Made by a program: the position numbers and the translations under genes. A stretch of DNA of 63,491 bases, filler included, from Octopus bimaculoides (lineage: Eukaryota), in the NCBI RefSeq assembly GCF_001194135.2. It is 5 parts of 5 records of this genome, joined end to end, with 100 filler letters (N's around TTAATTAATTAA, not from the genome) between each part and the next. Parts side by side here need not be neighbours in the genome. Positions count along the whole stretch, not along the records: positions 59,919 to 63,491 come from NC_069005.1; 4 more parts are not named here. One strand, written 5' to 3'. The notes beneath the pieces are model-generated. The model did no database searches. It had not been told where the DNA came from and saw only the letters and a list, made by a program, of their open reading frames with translations. Of this stretch, positions 61,625 through 63,491 are shown piece after piece (within the stretch, counting starts at the first letter, position 1; each line of letters starts with the position of its first letter).

Positions 61625-62889
61625 TAATCTATCTAGGTGGAAAGATACTTGTGCATGTCTGCACACGCACACGTACACATACACACATATATATGTGTAT
61701 ATATAGGCCCGCCAAATCAGAAATATCCCGTTAATCCATTCTTTGAAGAAGTTAACGTTAACTTTTATTGAAAAAAAGGTATAACTGTTTAATACCCCAC
61801 CGATTTTGTTGCCTCATAACTTCCAGAAAAATGGATACTTTTTAACGAAACTTTCATCAAATAAGTGCTTATATCCTGTAGATTGAGTGTTTGTCAAAAA
61901 TTTTGGGAGGGGTTGGGGAGAGGAGTTTCAGAAAATTCACAAGATCCGACATTTTCCTCCTCATAACTTTATGAAAAATAGGTATTTTTTAACGGTGTAG
62001 ATTACGATTACAAAGAAATTTATAAGCAACATTTTTGGAAGGGGCGGAGGAATTTCTGGAAAACGGAGTTTCGGATCAGACGGCCCACATAAGTTGGGAT
62101 TTCTCCGTTTTGACGGGAATTNNNNNNNNNNNNNNNNNNNNNNNNNNNNNNNNNNNNNNNNNNNNNNNNNNNNNNNNNNNNNNNNNNNNNNNNNNNNNNN
62201 NNNNNNNNNNNNNNNNNNNNNNNNNNNNNNNNNNNNNNNNNNNNNNNNNNNNNNNNNNNNNNAAAAAGGAAAAAATTTTGAAACTTTTTTCTTCACTCCC
62301 GCTGCCCCCTCACCAACTTATTCCGAAACGATTTTGGCCTTTTTTGATTTTTTCACTATGCACTTAAAACGTGTGAGAGAAATATTTTCGGTTTTAAAAA
62401 AAGTGTTAATAATTTCAGCCGCAAAGAAGTCGTTAGTTACAGGCTCTGGAAATCATTGACAAAAGGGAGAACTGTAACGTAGAAAAATTTTCCTAGCTTT
62501 TCACTTGTGATGGATGATAATGTAGAGGCAATCCTAAAGTTGAACGTCGCGAAGCATACGAATTCAATGGCTGTTGAAACGAAGGGTGTAGATCTTTTAG
62601 GAATGCGTTTCTAAGTCGGGTCTGTGTTCCACGTCACATCACCATTTTAGAAGGTATTGTGATGTGTGTTCTACGTCGGTGTCACCATTTTAGATGATGT
62701 TCTCGGTTGTGGATCTATCTAAGGATGATTCTTTCAACAGGCTGTAATATCATTTGATAGGAACACGGTACAAAGAATACATGGAACAAGGCTGTAACTT
62801 TAAACACCTTTAATGTCGGCCCCAAATATACATACAAGTTGAATGACAATAGAAAGAGTTTGATGTGTGGGGGCATGTTCTTCTGTGTT

Positions 62890-63070
62890 TACCTCATGTC
62901 TGCTAGCTGGCGTGTGTTGTAAGAGAGCCAACTAGATCATGTCTTTGATCTGCGACATCTAGATGCCAAAAGAGGAAGTCGCAAGGCCTCGTGTCAGAAT
63001 CTCACCGCTGCTTGCGCCATCTAGCGCAAGCTTATTTAAACCGGCTGTCAAGGGAGGTGGCGGCGCCTAT
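62890..63070 (-). promoter_or_regulatory. Possible distal promoter or non-coding first exon; CpG-containing patch with a CTCF/YY1-like motif
   Basis: GC-rich island in AT-rich surroundings. CGCTAGATGGCGC (63026-63014) lies inside an 8-bp hairpin; TTTAAATAAG lies just upstream on the minus strand; GAG|GTAAAC donor at 62892. Confidence 0.22.
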
Positions 63071-63491
63071 ACAGATTTTCTCTGTGTGTGTGTGTGTGTA
63101 TGTTTAAAATTCATACATTTACACAATTCCAAATTTCTTGGATGAAAGAATCGAAATTAATACTCTAAATACCATAACTTAGGTCACAGCGTCAATTTTT
63201 CAGTCAAAATAACTCCCAATTACGAATAAAATCCATAAAACTACACAAATTAACATTTTCCCCTCTAATAAAATCTTATTTCCTCTTTCTAATACTTTTA
63301 CAAATCCTTTCAACTCCTACTTTCTCTTATGAACTTTTACGAACGATCCAACAACAAATACAAAACGAAAGGAAGGAGAAACACTGACAGTAAAAAAAAA
63401 AAAAAACTATTTCAGTACCAAAACTGAAACAATCACATTCCGATACTGTAATGACAGATACTTTCACTTTAATGGTTTCATTTTCATACTG

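Overview
Repeat-saturated eukaryotic genomic DNA, about 15% N by hand estimate. The SINE families and microsatellite density point to an octopus genome (Octopus bimaculoides-like); this is inferred from recognition, not a search. Four artificial 100-bp linkers (N44-TTAATTAATTAA-N44) cut the window into five pieces whose adjacency is not sequence-supported. Almost all long ORFs in the track are artefacts of N-runs and microsatellites. The one confidently recognisable host coding feature is missing from the ORF track: the 108-nt first coding exon of a MIF/D-dopachrome tautomerase family gene on the minus strand (60798-60905; MPICLLRTSLPRTGIPKAFEKHLSNKIAEMLGKPIE, then GTAAGT). Two weaker orphan exon candidates lie on the plus strand (49267-49455, 26232-26368). 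The rest is several SINE families (tRNA-headed, with CORE-like and Deu-like segments), decayed CR1/L2, RTE and CRE-like LINE fragments, mariner and maT transposase relics, and hAT, pogo-like and 9-bp-TSD MITEs. The most unusual observations are: three inverted-repeat-bounded elements carrying (CCCTAA)n telomeric repeats; a CR1-type LINE 3' end that shares its tail and stem-loop with the commonest SINE; and a MITE with octamer plus CCAAT motifs in both TIRs. No prokaryotic system, CRISPR array, rRNA or functional tRNA is supported.
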